A DNA stretch of 57,687 nt. It comes from a virus. Lineage: Duplodnaviria > Caudoviricetes. Of the stretch, positions 1 to 8,016 are shown in pieces; the first letter of the stretch is position 1; every line of letters starts with the position of its first letter. The notes under the pieces are model-generated. The model saw only the letters and a program-made list of their open reading frames with translations. It was not told the DNA's origin and made no database searches. Location: positions 1-57,687 of the IMG/VR virus record IMGVR_UViG_3300045952_000066. One strand, written 5' to 3'. The position numbers and the translations under genes were made by a program.

Positions 1-177
1 GTCGGGCTGGCGTCGGGCTGGGCTGGGCTGGCGTCGGGCTGGGCTGGGCTGGCGTCGGGCTGGGCTGGGCTGGGTCGAGCGTCGGGCTGGGCTGGGCTGG
101 GCTGGCGTCGGGCTGGGCTGGGCTGGGTCGAGCGTCGGGCTGGGCTGGGCTGGGCTGGCGTCGGGCTGGGCTGGGCT
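1..177. repeat. G-rich tandem repeat of GGGCT units interspersed with GGCGTC/GGGTCGAGC; runs off the window edge
   Basis: Directly visible, with a higher-order unit of about 52 bp. Confidence 0.95.
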
Positions 178-213
178 AAAACAGAACGGGCGCCCGTGTT
201 ACCGGGCGCCCGT
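178..213 (-). terminator. Intrinsic terminator
   Basis: Minus strand ACGGGCGCCCG-GTAACA-CGGGCGCCCGT followed by TCTGTTTT, downstream of 241..396. Confidence 0.7.
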
Positions 214-240
214 GGTTGGTTCGATCTATCGCCGCGCGTC

Positions 241-396
241 TTATTCCGCGTCGGGGATGTCAGCGGGTAAAGGGTCATAAGGGTACATCAAATCCGGCGT
301 CCAATCGCACATGCAATTTTCAATGTAATCGGCGCCGCATGTCGGGCAAAAAGCCCATTGTTCGTCATCAGTCAGCCATCTATCGAAATCGGTCAT
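241..396 (-). CDS. Small acidic Cys-containing protein (51 aa)
   Basis: Hand translation MTDFDRWLTDDEQWAFCPTCGADYIENCMC...; follows 421..1194. Confidence 0.6.
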   Translation of the reverse strand: MTDFDRWLTDDEQWAFCPTCGADYIENCMCDWTPDLMYPYDPLPADIPDAE

Positions 397-420
397 TGTC
401 GTATGTCCTGTCCTGTCCGT

Positions 421-1194
421 TTAGAGTGAGATCTGAATCAACGTCGGCGCCGTCTGGAAATTGCGGGCGCCCGACCCATGCACGATGATTGCAATGTCTT
501 TTCTAGGATCATCGGCGCCCGTGGTTCCCGCACAGAGCTTGCAATTCTCGCATGTCGTCTTATGGTCGGCCTCGTCCGACGCCGGACAAATGATCTCAGA
601 ATGGCGCATAGATTCATCAGCCGAACGGACGCGGAAAGTACGCCAACCGCGCGTTTTGGCTTCGATGTAATCGTGGGGATTGTCGCACGACGCCATGAAA
701 TAACGCCTATAGGCGTCATACTCCGCATGTCGCCATTGGTGGGTGTACCCTGTCCACCCGTCGGACACTGTCGCAAGTGCAGACACGATGTGAAGCGGAA
801 TCAAGACAGGTTCGCCATAGGCGCCGAATCGGATCTTACGACCCTGGAAAACTGCCCGGTAACCGTCGGGCGCCAGTGCGGGATACTTCCCAGCCCGATA
901 CGCACGCCATACAGCTAAAGGCGCCTGAACGACGCGGACATAGCATGTCCGTCCGACGTTCCTAGTGGTGCCGTCATCGCCTAATACTTCAATCGTGCCA
1001 CGATGCGGACAGTCAAAACAGACAACGTCATCGGCGCCCGTTTTGGTGGCGGTGACAGGGTCGACATCCCGATTCAAGATCCACAATTGAACCATGTTGC
1101 CTGTTTTGGGATTGTGCGTTTTGATGGTCGCGACAATCACAATGTTGGGTGTCTCAAGTAGCAAGTAGCCCGTCGGGCGTTTTTTATTGGTCAT
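421..1194 (-). CDS. Conserved Cys-rich phage protein (DUF7227-like, possibly a metal/Fe-S enzyme)
   Basis: Motifs NPKTGNMVQ, CxDCPHRG..CYV, RFGAYGEP, GYTHQW, MASCD, CPAS..CxxCxLC, IVHG. Confidence 0.7.
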   Translation of the reverse strand: MTNKKRPTGYLLLETPNIVIVATIKTHNPKTGNMVQLWILNRDVDPVTATKTGADDVVCFDCPHRGTIEVLGDDGTTRNVGRTCYVRVVQAPLAVWRAYRAGKYPALAPDGYRAVFQGRKIRFGAYGEPVLIPLHIVSALATVSDGWTGYTHQWRHAEYDAYRRYFMASCDNPHDYIEAKTRGWRTFRVRSADESMRHSEIICPASDEADHKTTCENCKLCAGTTGADDPRKDIAIIVHGSGARNFQTAPTLIQISL

Positions 1195-1258
1195 ACCAGC
1201 TATCAGACCATTGACATAGCTATCCTGTCGCGGTACTAATGAGGCGCCCGCGCGTTTC

Positions 1259-1288
1259 AGGCGCCCGAAGGCGCCCGAAGGCGCCCGA
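1259..1288. repeat. Three direct copies of AGGCGCCCGA
   Basis: Directly visible. Confidence 0.85.
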
Positions 1289-1294
1289 CAGGGG

Positions 1295-1627
1295 CTAAGT
1301 TGTTGAAACGCCAGGTCTTAGCTGTTCACGCCTCAAAAGTGGCGTCCGAATCGGGCGCTTCACTCGAGGGTAAATGCCGTGGTTTCAATCGGTTGGACCG
1401 AAACCGCGGGCTAAGTAGCTGATTCTGAAGGCGTTAGCTATCTGCTTGATTCCAGGGCACTTAGTTATCTGCCTGATTCTAAAGGCTTTAGTCAAGTGCT
1501 TTAGAATCAAGGCTTTACCAAGTGCCTGATTCGATTGCACTTACGCAAGTGTCTGATTCGGAAGGAGTTAGCTAAACCGCTGATTCTAAAGGGGTAGAGG
1601 CCATCCCCAATGGAATCAGCGGGTTAC
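1295..1627. repeat. Array of about ten 27-bp degenerate units with an IHF-like core (YAANNNNYTGATT)
   Basis: Units at 1295, 1370 (reverse), 1411, 1438, 1465, 1492 (reverse), 1518, 1545, 1572, 1601 (reverse); frame nTAA-N19-TTAn. Confidence 0.8.
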
Positions 1628-1779
1628 CGGAAATCACGGTGTGGGGAGTGTGGAGGGGGCGTTTCCTATTATTCCCGCCAAGTGAAACGCAATTTGAAAA
1701 AGTGATTTGGGTCCGAACTTTTCCTATGTGGGGGCCGACCCTACAGGGCCTTCTATTAAATTAACGTGCCGGCCTTGGG

Positions 1780-1986
1780 TTAGTCGGGCCAGATATAGTC
1801 CGCGCTCTTGACCGTGTAGTTAGCAACCTTCCGTTCCTGGTCGGTGTCGATCAATTCGAGCACGACCTGGACCGGCGGCTTGAGAGCGCACGGTCGCATC
1901 CGCAGGGTCTGGGTAGCAGGCGCAGGCGCGTCGTCGGCCCACATGAAGTGGTAGGGTTTGCCGTCGAGGAAGAACTCACCGATCAT
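1780..1986 (-). CDS. Hypothetical protein (68 aa)
   Basis: MIGEFFLDGKPYHF...; protein-like 3' part of ORF 1780..2205. Confidence 0.6.
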   Translation of the reverse strand: MIGEFFLDGKPYHFMWADDAPAPATQTLRMRPCALKPPVQVVLELIDTDQERKVANYTVKSADYIWPD

Positions 1987-2245
1987 GGCTTGCCGCAGTG
2001 ACGGGCGCCTGGAGGACAGGGGGCGACGACCGATCAGCCGCCGCCCCTGTTGCCCAGCCCCGGCGAAGTCGTGCGGGACCGGGTTCGGCGCGTGATCCCT
2101 CCTCAACGGGAGTTGCTGATGGGATAGGCGCCGAAGCTTGCATCGCGAGTGCCTTGCAGATGGATCGTGTGCGCGGGATGTCCGATGACTTCGGAGTGAG
2201 GGCACTCCCGCGAGGCCCGGTGCGGTTCAAGCGATTGGCCTGATC
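1981..2245 (-). ncRNA. Candidate multi-branched structured RNA or leader
   Basis: At least six nested or adjacent helices; G-U-containing hairpin on the minus strand; upstream TGGTATGAT extended -10. Confidence 0.45.
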
Positions 2246-2250
2246 ATACC

Positions 2251-2286
2251 AAAACAAAAGGCCCGCCAGCATGACGCCAGCGGGCC
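2251..2286 (-). terminator. Intrinsic terminator
   Basis: GGCCCGCTGGC..GCTGGCGGGCC followed by TTTTGTTTT on the minus strand. Confidence 0.75.
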
Positions 2287-2335
2287 GACAGAAAGGAACC
2301 ATTCAACCGTACTATCCGAAGACGGATCTATTCTA

Positions 2336-2560
2336 TCAGGGAGGACCCATAGGAGGACCCTCCTCCTCGACCGTGGGCAACATGCCGCCCTTGCGTTCCA
2401 AGAGTTCCCAGACCTTCCGGCGCATCGAAGCGTAGGGCTTGCCGTCGCGTTCGGTCCAGTCCTGATAGTCGCCCTCGCCCCAGCCCTGCGCGTCAGCGAT
2501 AGCAGCCATGCGGTTGATCAGATCAAGCTCATGCCGGGTGAACTGAATCCGCTTCGCCAT
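2336..2560 (-). CDS. Hypothetical protein
   Basis: Abuts the upstream gene in the operon. Confidence 0.7.
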   Translation of the reverse strand: MAKRIQFTRHELDLINRMAAIADAQGWGEGDYQDWTERDGKPYASMRRKVWELLERKGGMLPTVEEEGPPMGPP

Positions 2561-2737
2561 CTACTGGCCCTCCTGCGCGTCGGCGCCGTAGTCGTGCTCG
2601 ACCTCGTCCAGGTCGGCCATTGCCATCCCGTGGATGAACGACGCGATGTCGGCGCGGGTGGCCTTCTTCCAGCCGAAGCGATGCATGATCGCGGCACGCA
2701 TGGTGTCGGAGATCTCGAATGTGACGGTGACCTTCAT
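2561..2737 (-). CDS. Hypothetical protein, possibly ribbon-helix-helix
   Basis: ATGA overlap; beta strand followed by two helices. Confidence 0.65.
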   Translation of the reverse strand: MKVTVTFEISDTMRAAIMHRFGWKKATRADIASFIHGMAMADLDEVEHDYGADAQEGQ

Positions 2738-3114
2738 CGTCCTGTCCAATCTTTCGCCCGCTTGATCCGGCTGGCGTGGAACTCGCCAATCGGCGTGAGC
2801 ACCCTGTCCGGTCGGCTATGCGCCGGTCCCGATTCGCGGCACTCGAAACCGGGCGCCGCGTTGCAGCCGCGCACGGTGCAGGGGAAGTCGAGCGGCGTCG
2901 GCTCCTTGGCCTTGCGCCGCTTCTCCATGCACTTCACGCACCGGCAGTTGTTGACCTTCGAGTTGTGCTTCGCCCAGAGCACGCCGCCCGTGTAGCTCTT
3001 GCGCTGGGCGCCTCGACGGCGCCCGACCTCCGCGTACAGCACGTCGTTGGGGATGGTGGACATGTCGAGGTCCCGCGTCCACTTCGATCCCGGCAATTCA
3101 AACGTGGCGCCCAT
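2734..3114 (-). CDS. Zinc-finger protein
   Basis: CRCVKC and CTVRGCNAAPGFEC..HASR motifs; coupled start. Confidence 0.7.
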   Translation of the reverse strand: MGATFELPGSKWTRDLDMSTIPNDVLYAEVGRRRGAQRKSYTGGVLWAKHNSKVNNCRCVKCMEKRRKAKEPTPLDFPCTVRGCNAAPGFECRESGPAHSRPDRVLTPIGEFHASRIKRAKDWTGR

Positions 3115-3371
3115 CAGGCCACCTCCTTGACCAACCGACCGCAGAGCCAGCACCGTGTCTGGCCTTCCTCGACCACGGTGCGCTCCGCGCCGCCGGGGCA
3201 ATCACAGACGGCCAGCCGCTCCTGCATGTACACGTCAGCTTCGGCGGCGTCGACCACGCCTTCGCCCATGCACGTCGGGCAGTCCAGGGTCACCTCCGAC
3301 CCTGGAGCGCCATCGTCAAACGTCACTTCCTTTGTGCCCTTGCACTGCGGGCAGATGATGTCAGCGGCCAT
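3114..3371 (-). CDS. DnaJ-type zinc-finger protein
   Basis: CPQCKGTK, CPTCMGEG, CDC, CWLC. Confidence 0.7.
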   Translation of the reverse strand: MAADIICPQCKGTKEVTFDDGAPGSEVTLDCPTCMGEGVVDAAEADVYMQERLAVCDCPGGAERTVVEEGQTRCWLCGRLVKEVA

Positions 3372-3931
3372 TACTTTTTCACCTCCATTAGATCGATCAG
3401 GGTCAGCACGCTGGCGCCGCACGGTGTCGCCCAGATGACATCGGCATTGTGGTTCAGAATGTAGCGGACGGCGCCCGACTCGCGCTCCTCGTAGTCGCGC
3501 CACTCCTCGTCGTCGTAGAGGACGTAGATGCAGCCCTCGCCAAACTCCACGATGGAGCCGAAGCAGGCGCCCTCATCGCAGGCGCCGACCACGCGCCCGT
3601 GGAGCGCCATGATCGCGCGACGGCAGGCGTCGGGATCGTCGCCCTCGTAGACCTGGATCGCGTCGTTGTCGGAGCAGGGATCGGCCACTGCGTGAACCCA
3701 GACGCTATACCGCTTGTTGGGCGGCTCCCGGTCCTCGACCTTCTCATGCTCACACCATGCGACGAGGCAGGGGTAGCCTGCCTCTTCGCTGTAGCCTTCC
3801 AGCGGCCTGACGGCGCGGGCGCACATGTCGTTGTGGTAGCTCTGGTCCTCGAATCGAAGCTCCCGCAGAAACTGCGGGAACTCGATGCTGGGCCACTCGC
3901 GGAAACCGTTCGGAACGGCGGCGGGAATCAT
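3371..3931 (-). CDS. Hypothetical acidic protein
   Basis: Coupled at both ends. Confidence 0.75.
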   Translation of the reverse strand: MIPAAVPNGFREWPSIEFPQFLRELRFEDQSYHNDMCARAVRPLEGYSEEAGYPCLVAWCEHEKVEDREPPNKRYSVWVHAVADPCSDNDAIQVYEGDDPDACRRAIMALHGRVVGACDEGACFGSIVEFGEGCIYVLYDDEEWRDYEERESGAVRYILNHNADVIWATPCGASVLTLIDLMEVKK

Positions 3932-4137
3932 TCGGCTTGTCCTCTCTCTTTCTTCTGAGCCAACTCGACGGCCTGCGCCAGCGCACGCGAGAGCATGTCA
4001 GCCTCGCGGATCGACAGACGCGCCCGATAGCGCGGGATGGTGACTTCGGGCGAGGGCAGTTCGCCCTCGCGCCGGTAAGCTTCGGAGTGAACTCCGGTGA
4101 CCACGTTGCAGAATGCGTTGACGGCGTAACGGGCCAT
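3928..4137 (-). CDS. Hypothetical protein
   Basis: MARYAVNAF...; TAATG coupling. Confidence 0.65.
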   Translation of the reverse strand: MARYAVNAFCNVVTGVHSEAYRREGELPSPEVTIPRYRARLSIREADMLSRALAQAVELAQKKERGQAE

Positions 4138-4496
4138 TAGCGGGACTCCGTCAGGTTCAACGAGATCAGGTAGGCGTCCACCAGGACACCCTTTTCCATG
4201 CGCCCGCGCCAGGAGCCGCCAGCGCGGAGATGCTCTGCGATGAAGGCCGCGACCTCGTCGGTGACCTTGAGCGTCAGCGTCTTCTCGCCGCCGGTAAAGC
4301 GGGCGGTGTAGCGGTCGGACTTGGCGTCGTGCGCGACGGCGACGACGGTGGACAAGTCGATGGGGGCATTCAGCCCAGCCGTGATCTCTCTGGCCTTCCT
4401 CTCGCGGGCGTTGGCAACGGACTGCCAGTCGCCATCCTTGAACTGCGTGCGGTCGATCTGCGCGTCCGTTTCGGCAGTGATGTACACGATCCTCAT
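4137..4496 (-). CDS. Hypothetical protein
   Basis: MRIVYITAET...; TAATG coupling. Confidence 0.7.
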   Translation of the reverse strand: MRIVYITAETDAQIDRTQFKDGDWQSVANARERKAREITAGLNAPIDLSTVVAVAHDAKSDRYTARFTGGEKTLTLKVTDEVAAFIAEHLRAGGSWRGRMEKGVLVDAYLISLNLTESR

Positions 4497-4765
4497 TAGC
4501 GGCGGCTCCTTGCCATCGCATCGGAGCAGTGCTCCATCACTTGCTCGTATTCGGCCATGAGGGCCTGGACACGGCGAAGCCGGTCGAAGTGCTCGTCCTG
4601 CGCCCGCTCCATCGCGCCAGCGGCCTGCGGATAGTAATCGCGCCCGTTGGGAGCGGCCTGCTGCATTTGGCGCATGGCCTCTTGCAGCGCATTGTAGGCG
4701 GCTTCGGCCTGATCGTAGAGCGATTGGGCCGACGTGCCGTTCATGTGAACTGTCGGTAAAGTCAT
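4496..4765 (-). CDS. Conserved phage helical protein
   Basis: PTVHMNGTS..PNGRDYYPQ motif. Confidence 0.75.
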   Translation of the reverse strand: MTLPTVHMNGTSAQSLYDQAEAAYNALQEAMRQMQQAAPNGRDYYPQAAGAMERAQDEHFDRLRRVQALMAEYEQVMEHCSDAMARSRR

Positions 4766-4773
4766 ACGACAAG

Positions 4774-4812
4774 AGTATAGCACATGCACGCATCTGGCAG
4801 ATGCACGCATCA
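4774..4812 (-). promoter_or_regulatory. Extended -10 promoter (probably leaderless) with two GATGCGTGCAT direct repeats
   Basis: TGCTATACT 8 nt before the ATG; repeats just upstream. Confidence 0.55.
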
Positions 4813-4816
4813 AATG

Positions 4817-4841
4817 AAAAAGCCCTCCCCGAAGGGAGGGC
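4817..4841 (-). terminator. Intrinsic terminator
   Basis: GCCCTCCC-TTCG-GGGAGGGC-TTTTT. Confidence 0.9.
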
Positions 4842-4867
4842 CGGTTGGATCGTTTGTCGAAGCCGGG

Positions 4868-5023
4868 TTACTCCTGCCTGGAGCCGCTCTGTTGCTGGGC
4901 GTTGGTCGCGTTGCCGTTCTGGATCTGCTCACGCGCTTCGGCGTCGGGAAGATCGATAGACTCTCCTTTGCGCCGTTGCTGGCCGTCCTTGGACGTGAAA
5001 TCCTTTTGCACTTGAACTCGCAT
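4868..5023 (-). CDS. Small protein (51 aa)
   Basis: MRVQVQKDFTSKDGQQRRKGESIDLPD...; GGAGG RBS; terminator follows. Confidence 0.7.
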   Translation of the reverse strand: MRVQVQKDFTSKDGQQRRKGESIDLPDAEAREQIQNGNATNAQQQSGSRQE

Positions 5024-5094
5024 TCGCGTGTTCCTCCGACCTCTAAGTCTATCGACCGTTGTCTTCCGGCTCCGTCTTTGACTTCACGTTCCCG

Positions 5095-5637
5095 CTACCG
5101 GACCATGCGGATGATGGCCGCAGTGACCGGGCGCCGCCGGGTGTGATCCCGCCAGTCGGGCGCGTTCCGATAGGCGCGGTCAATGATGCGGTCGTACTCG
5201 ACCACGACGCCGCTCTTGAGCCTGCACTCCCAAGTGTTCTCGCCGCCGTAGGGGCCGACGATGGCCGGTCCCGTGAGGATGTCTTTCTGCGGTCGTTCGG
5301 CCTGCCCAATGGAGAAGTCTCCGAACAGATGGTCGGTGGCCGCGATCAGGTGGCCGCTCCATTTGCCTTCCTGTTTTCCGAAGCCGATGCCCACTGCCCA
5401 GGAGCCATCCGAAAAGTCGGTCGGGATCGCGTTGCCTTGAGCCTCGAGCTTCTGGTCGTAGGTCCGGTTGTACACGACGGCGCGGACGGACAGAGGCCAG
5501 ACCGCGATGCCGAAGTATTCGGCTACGTCCATCACGATGCGCGTGGTGAGCACGCAGAGGTCGCGCCGCTCGAATATCTTCTCCAGCGCGGGCGCGAGGA
5601 CCGGCGCGAGTCGGCGGAAGAGTTCCTGGCCGGTCAT
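5095..5637 (-). CDS. Putative papain/transglutaminase-like (Cys-His-Asp) protein
   Basis: DLCVLTT helix, SGHLIA strand, FGDFS. Confidence 0.55.
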   Translation of the reverse strand: MTGQELFRRLAPVLAPALEKIFERRDLCVLTTRIVMDVAEYFGIAVWPLSVRAVVYNRTYDQKLEAQGNAIPTDFSDGSWAVGIGFGKQEGKWSGHLIAATDHLFGDFSIGQAERPQKDILTGPAIVGPYGGENTWECRLKSGVVVEYDRIIDRAYRNAPDWRDHTRRRPVTAAIIRMVR

Positions 5638-5777
5638 GCGCGTTCGATCTTCCGGTAATACTCCACCGTCTCGTCCACGGCTTCGTTCACCACTGCCTTG
5701 ATCTCCTTGGGATCGACGCCGCACCCGATCAGCCGGTCGATCAGAATGTAGATGGCGTCCAGTTGTGGTCCGGTCAT
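5634..5777 (-). CDS. Small hypothetical protein
   Basis: MTGPQLDAIYIL...; ATGA overlaps. Confidence 0.6.
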   Translation of the reverse strand: MTGPQLDAIYILIDRLIGCGVDPKEIKAVVNEAVDETVEYYRKIERA

Positions 5778-5923
5778 TTCGGCAGAGTGTCGATCAGAAT
5801 ATCGATCTCATCGCGCAGGGCCTGAAGATTCTCCCGCGCTCTCGCCGCATCGACCGTCTGGTCGTTGAACAGTCGGCTGATGGCCTCACGCGCCTGCCGA
5901 AACAGTCTCTCGTTGTTGGTCAC
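5774..5923 (-). CDS. Small helical protein
   Basis: GTG start after GGAGG; ATGA overlap. Confidence 0.6.
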   Translation of the reverse strand: MTNNERLFRQAREAISRLFNDQTVDAARARENLQALRDEIDILIDTLPK

Positions 5924-5933
5924 ATTCCCTCCA

Positions 5934-6185
5934 TCATCCGCCCCAGTCCATTTGCGACTCCTCGCACGGCTCGTATGCGTCCTCCGCTACGATGATCGGC
6001 GGCATCCCGGCGTCGATGCGCCGCTGGTTGAATCGCGCCATGCACTGAGCGCAGATCGGCTCACGGTCGCCTGCCGGATCGACGTGGCCGTTCTTCATCC
6101 GGATGCTGGGAACTTTCATCGGGTTGTAGTTGCTGACGATCTGCCTGCATATGCCGCAGGCCGAAGTCGCGCCAATATATCCCAT
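5934..6185 (-). CDS. Zinc-binding hypothetical protein
   Basis: CGIC..CAQC. Confidence 0.7.
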   Translation of the reverse strand: MGYIGATSACGICRQIVSNYNPMKVPSIRMKNGHVDPAGDREPICAQCMARFNQRRIDAGMPPIIVAEDAYEPCEESQMDWGG

Positions 6186-6191
6186 CGTCGT

Positions 6192-6608
6192 TTACCCTTC
6201 CCTCCGCGCCTTACGCTGACGAGCCGCCGCCACCTTGGCGACTGCGCGGATCGCTCGTCGGCCTGGAGCTTTGATCTCGCGCAGGCCATGCGCCGCCGCT
6301 TCGGCTCCGCTCTTGAAGAGCCGCACGGTGCGCTTCGGGATCTTGAGGACGCCTCGACCGAACGCAATCGCGAAGCGGAGCGCCAGGAGTTCATAGCCGC
6401 GAGGCGCCGCGTCATGGCACTGCGCCCAGCCGGTGCAGACGAAATCCGGCGACGTGTGACAGTGAAAGATGAGCGGAGGTTGCGCCCCGGTCGGCTTGTC
6501 GTACTCCGGAAGCTTCTCGTACTCATGCGCCGCCCAGACGCCGGAAGGCACGTCGCGGCGGTAGGGGCACGTCTCGCAGGGTTCGGTGCGGCATCGGAGC
6601 TTGCTCAT
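6192..6608 (-). CDS. DUF6283-like Cys/His protein
   Basis: PCETCPYRRDVPSGVW..FHCH..CTGWAQCH. Confidence 0.75.
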   Translation of the reverse strand: MSKLRCRTEPCETCPYRRDVPSGVWAAHEYEKLPEYDKPTGAQPPLIFHCHTSPDFVCTGWAQCHDAAPRGYELLALRFAIAFGRGVLKIPKRTVRLFKSGAEAAAHGLREIKAPGRRAIRAVAKVAAARQRKARREG

Positions 6609-7450
6609 GAGGCTTCTTCCTTCGGCGGCTTAACCTTGTAGTCCGAAATAACGGCGCCCTTCTTCTCCGTGCCGCGCGTATGCATGGGAACCCAGAATCG
6701 CCCGTGGATGCCGCGACCAAAGAGGCCGGGGCCGCTCTCCGGATAGTAGGCGAAGTGCCCCCGGCAAATGTGGAGCGCCCGCTCCAGGCCCTCCGATTCG
6801 ATACGCCCTTTGGTTCGCAGGAGCCGCTTTAACGAGCCTAGCTCCAGCGTCTGGTACTTCAGCATGGGCGGCTTGCCTCGCTCGATGTTTCGCTTTGCCA
6901 GTTTCGGTGGCGGCGCGTGCTCGATACGGGTGACGTTCTTGCAGTGCATGAACATGATAGCCAGGACGAAGACTACTGAGGTGCCGTGAATCGAGCGGTC
7001 GAAGTCAATCTCAGGCTCCAACTCCTCGTGATAGTTGAGACTCTTCCAATAGCTGGACTCATCGTCGCGTAGTTCGTTGCCTTGCTCATCGAACCGGGAG
7101 CAATGAACGGCGATACATCTGGCTTCGGGGCGCCGTTCGCCGCCAACAAAGAACGCGATATCTGTCCACCACTCCTTGCCGCGTCGTTCCTGAACATGTG
7201 CGCCCATGTGGACAGTGTCGCCGCCGTTCGGTAATGGCGCATGAAATTCCATCCAGAATTCCGGAAATGGCGGCGGGAGCAAAGCGAGATCATGCGGCTG
7301 GGGTTCATGCCGGTGCGCCTTGAAGTAGTCGTAGACGTTATCGACGCGCACGATTGGTATCCGTCGAAGCCGCTGACGAAGCTCCTCAACCGTATCGAAC
7401 GGATTGTCGATGACCGATAGCGCCTGGAGCAATTCCGCAAAGTTCGGCAT
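6605..7450 (-). CDS. Conserved phage protein with HICRGHF motif (paralog A)
   Basis: Homologous along its length to 8519..9439. Confidence 0.8.
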   Translation of the reverse strand: MPNFAELLQALSVIDNPFDTVEELRQRLRRIPIVRVDNVYDYFKAHRHEPQPHDLALLPPPFPEFWMEFHAPLPNGGDTVHMGAHVQERRGKEWWTDIAFFVGGERRPEARCIAVHCSRFDEQGNELRDDESSYWKSLNYHEELEPEIDFDRSIHGTSVVFVLAIMFMHCKNVTRIEHAPPPKLAKRNIERGKPPMLKYQTLELGSLKRLLRTKGRIESEGLERALHICRGHFAYYPESGPGLFGRGIHGRFWVPMHTRGTEKKGAVISDYKVKPPKEEAS

Positions 7451-7626
7451 CACAGTTCCTTGACCTCCAGTCCCGGCCCCAGCGATTCGAGCCAGCGGAA
7501 CAGATTCTCCATCGGCTGGCCCAGGAACTTCTCGACAATCGGAGCGCACTGGCCGATGACGCCGTTGTCATCGACATCGATCTGAACGGTCATCTTGGGA
7601 TGCGACACCCAGAGGCGATGCGTCAT
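7450..7626 (-). CDS. Hypothetical protein
   Basis: MTHRLWVSHPK...; TGATG coupling. Confidence 0.7.
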   Translation of the reverse strand: MTHRLWVSHPKMTVQIDVDDNGVIGQCAPIVEKFLGQPMENLFRWLESLGPGLEVKEL

Positions 7627-7766
7627 CAGTCGAACACTCCTCGCTGGATGCGCTCCAGCGCGGCCTTGAATCCCTTGCGGTAGCCGACCGTGATGCCGAA
7701 GCGGAAGCCCAGGAGGGCCACCACGGCGCCGCCGATCCACGCGATGAGGAACACGGTCCAGTCCAT
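7626..7766 (-). CDS. Small single-TM membrane protein
   Basis: MDWTVFLIAWIGGAVVALLGFRFGITVGYRKG... Confidence 0.6.
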   Translation of the reverse strand: MDWTVFLIAWIGGAVVALLGFRFGITVGYRKGFKAALERIQRGVFD

Positions 7767-7789
7767 AATCAAACCAGGAGGGCAGTATC

Positions 7790-7948
7790 ATGCCTCTGAA
7801 AAAGGGCTACTCGAAAGCCTCGATGTCGAAGAACATCAAGACCGAAAAACGGGCTGGCCGCTCGACCAAGCAAGCCGTCGCCATCGCGTACAGTGTCGCG
7901 CGGAAGGCCGCGAAGAAAGCAGGCAAGAGGCCGAAGCATCTGCGGTGA
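7790..7948 (+). CDS. Small basic phage protein (MPLKKG..QAVAIA type)
   Basis: Hand translation; GGAGG RBS. Confidence 0.75.
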   Translation: MPLKKGYSKASMSKNIKTEKRAGRSTKQAVAIAYSVARKAAKKAGKRPKHLR

Positions 7949-8016
7949 GGTCGAAATTTCCGCCGCCCAAAAATTTTTGCCGGTGAATCGAATCCGGTTT
8001 GAAACCATATGCGGAC

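Noticed and set aside
1295-1627. 27-bp periodic array as a CRISPR array
   Set aside because: Units are degenerate, abutting and in mixed orientation, with no repeat-spacer alternation and no cas genes
1998-2243. 81-aa plus-strand ORF
   Set aside because: No RBS and non-protein-like composition; a structured RNA explains the region better
2215-2251. GGTTCAA and ACCA suggesting a tRNA or tmRNA 3' end
   Set aside because: No T-stem or acceptor stem can be formed
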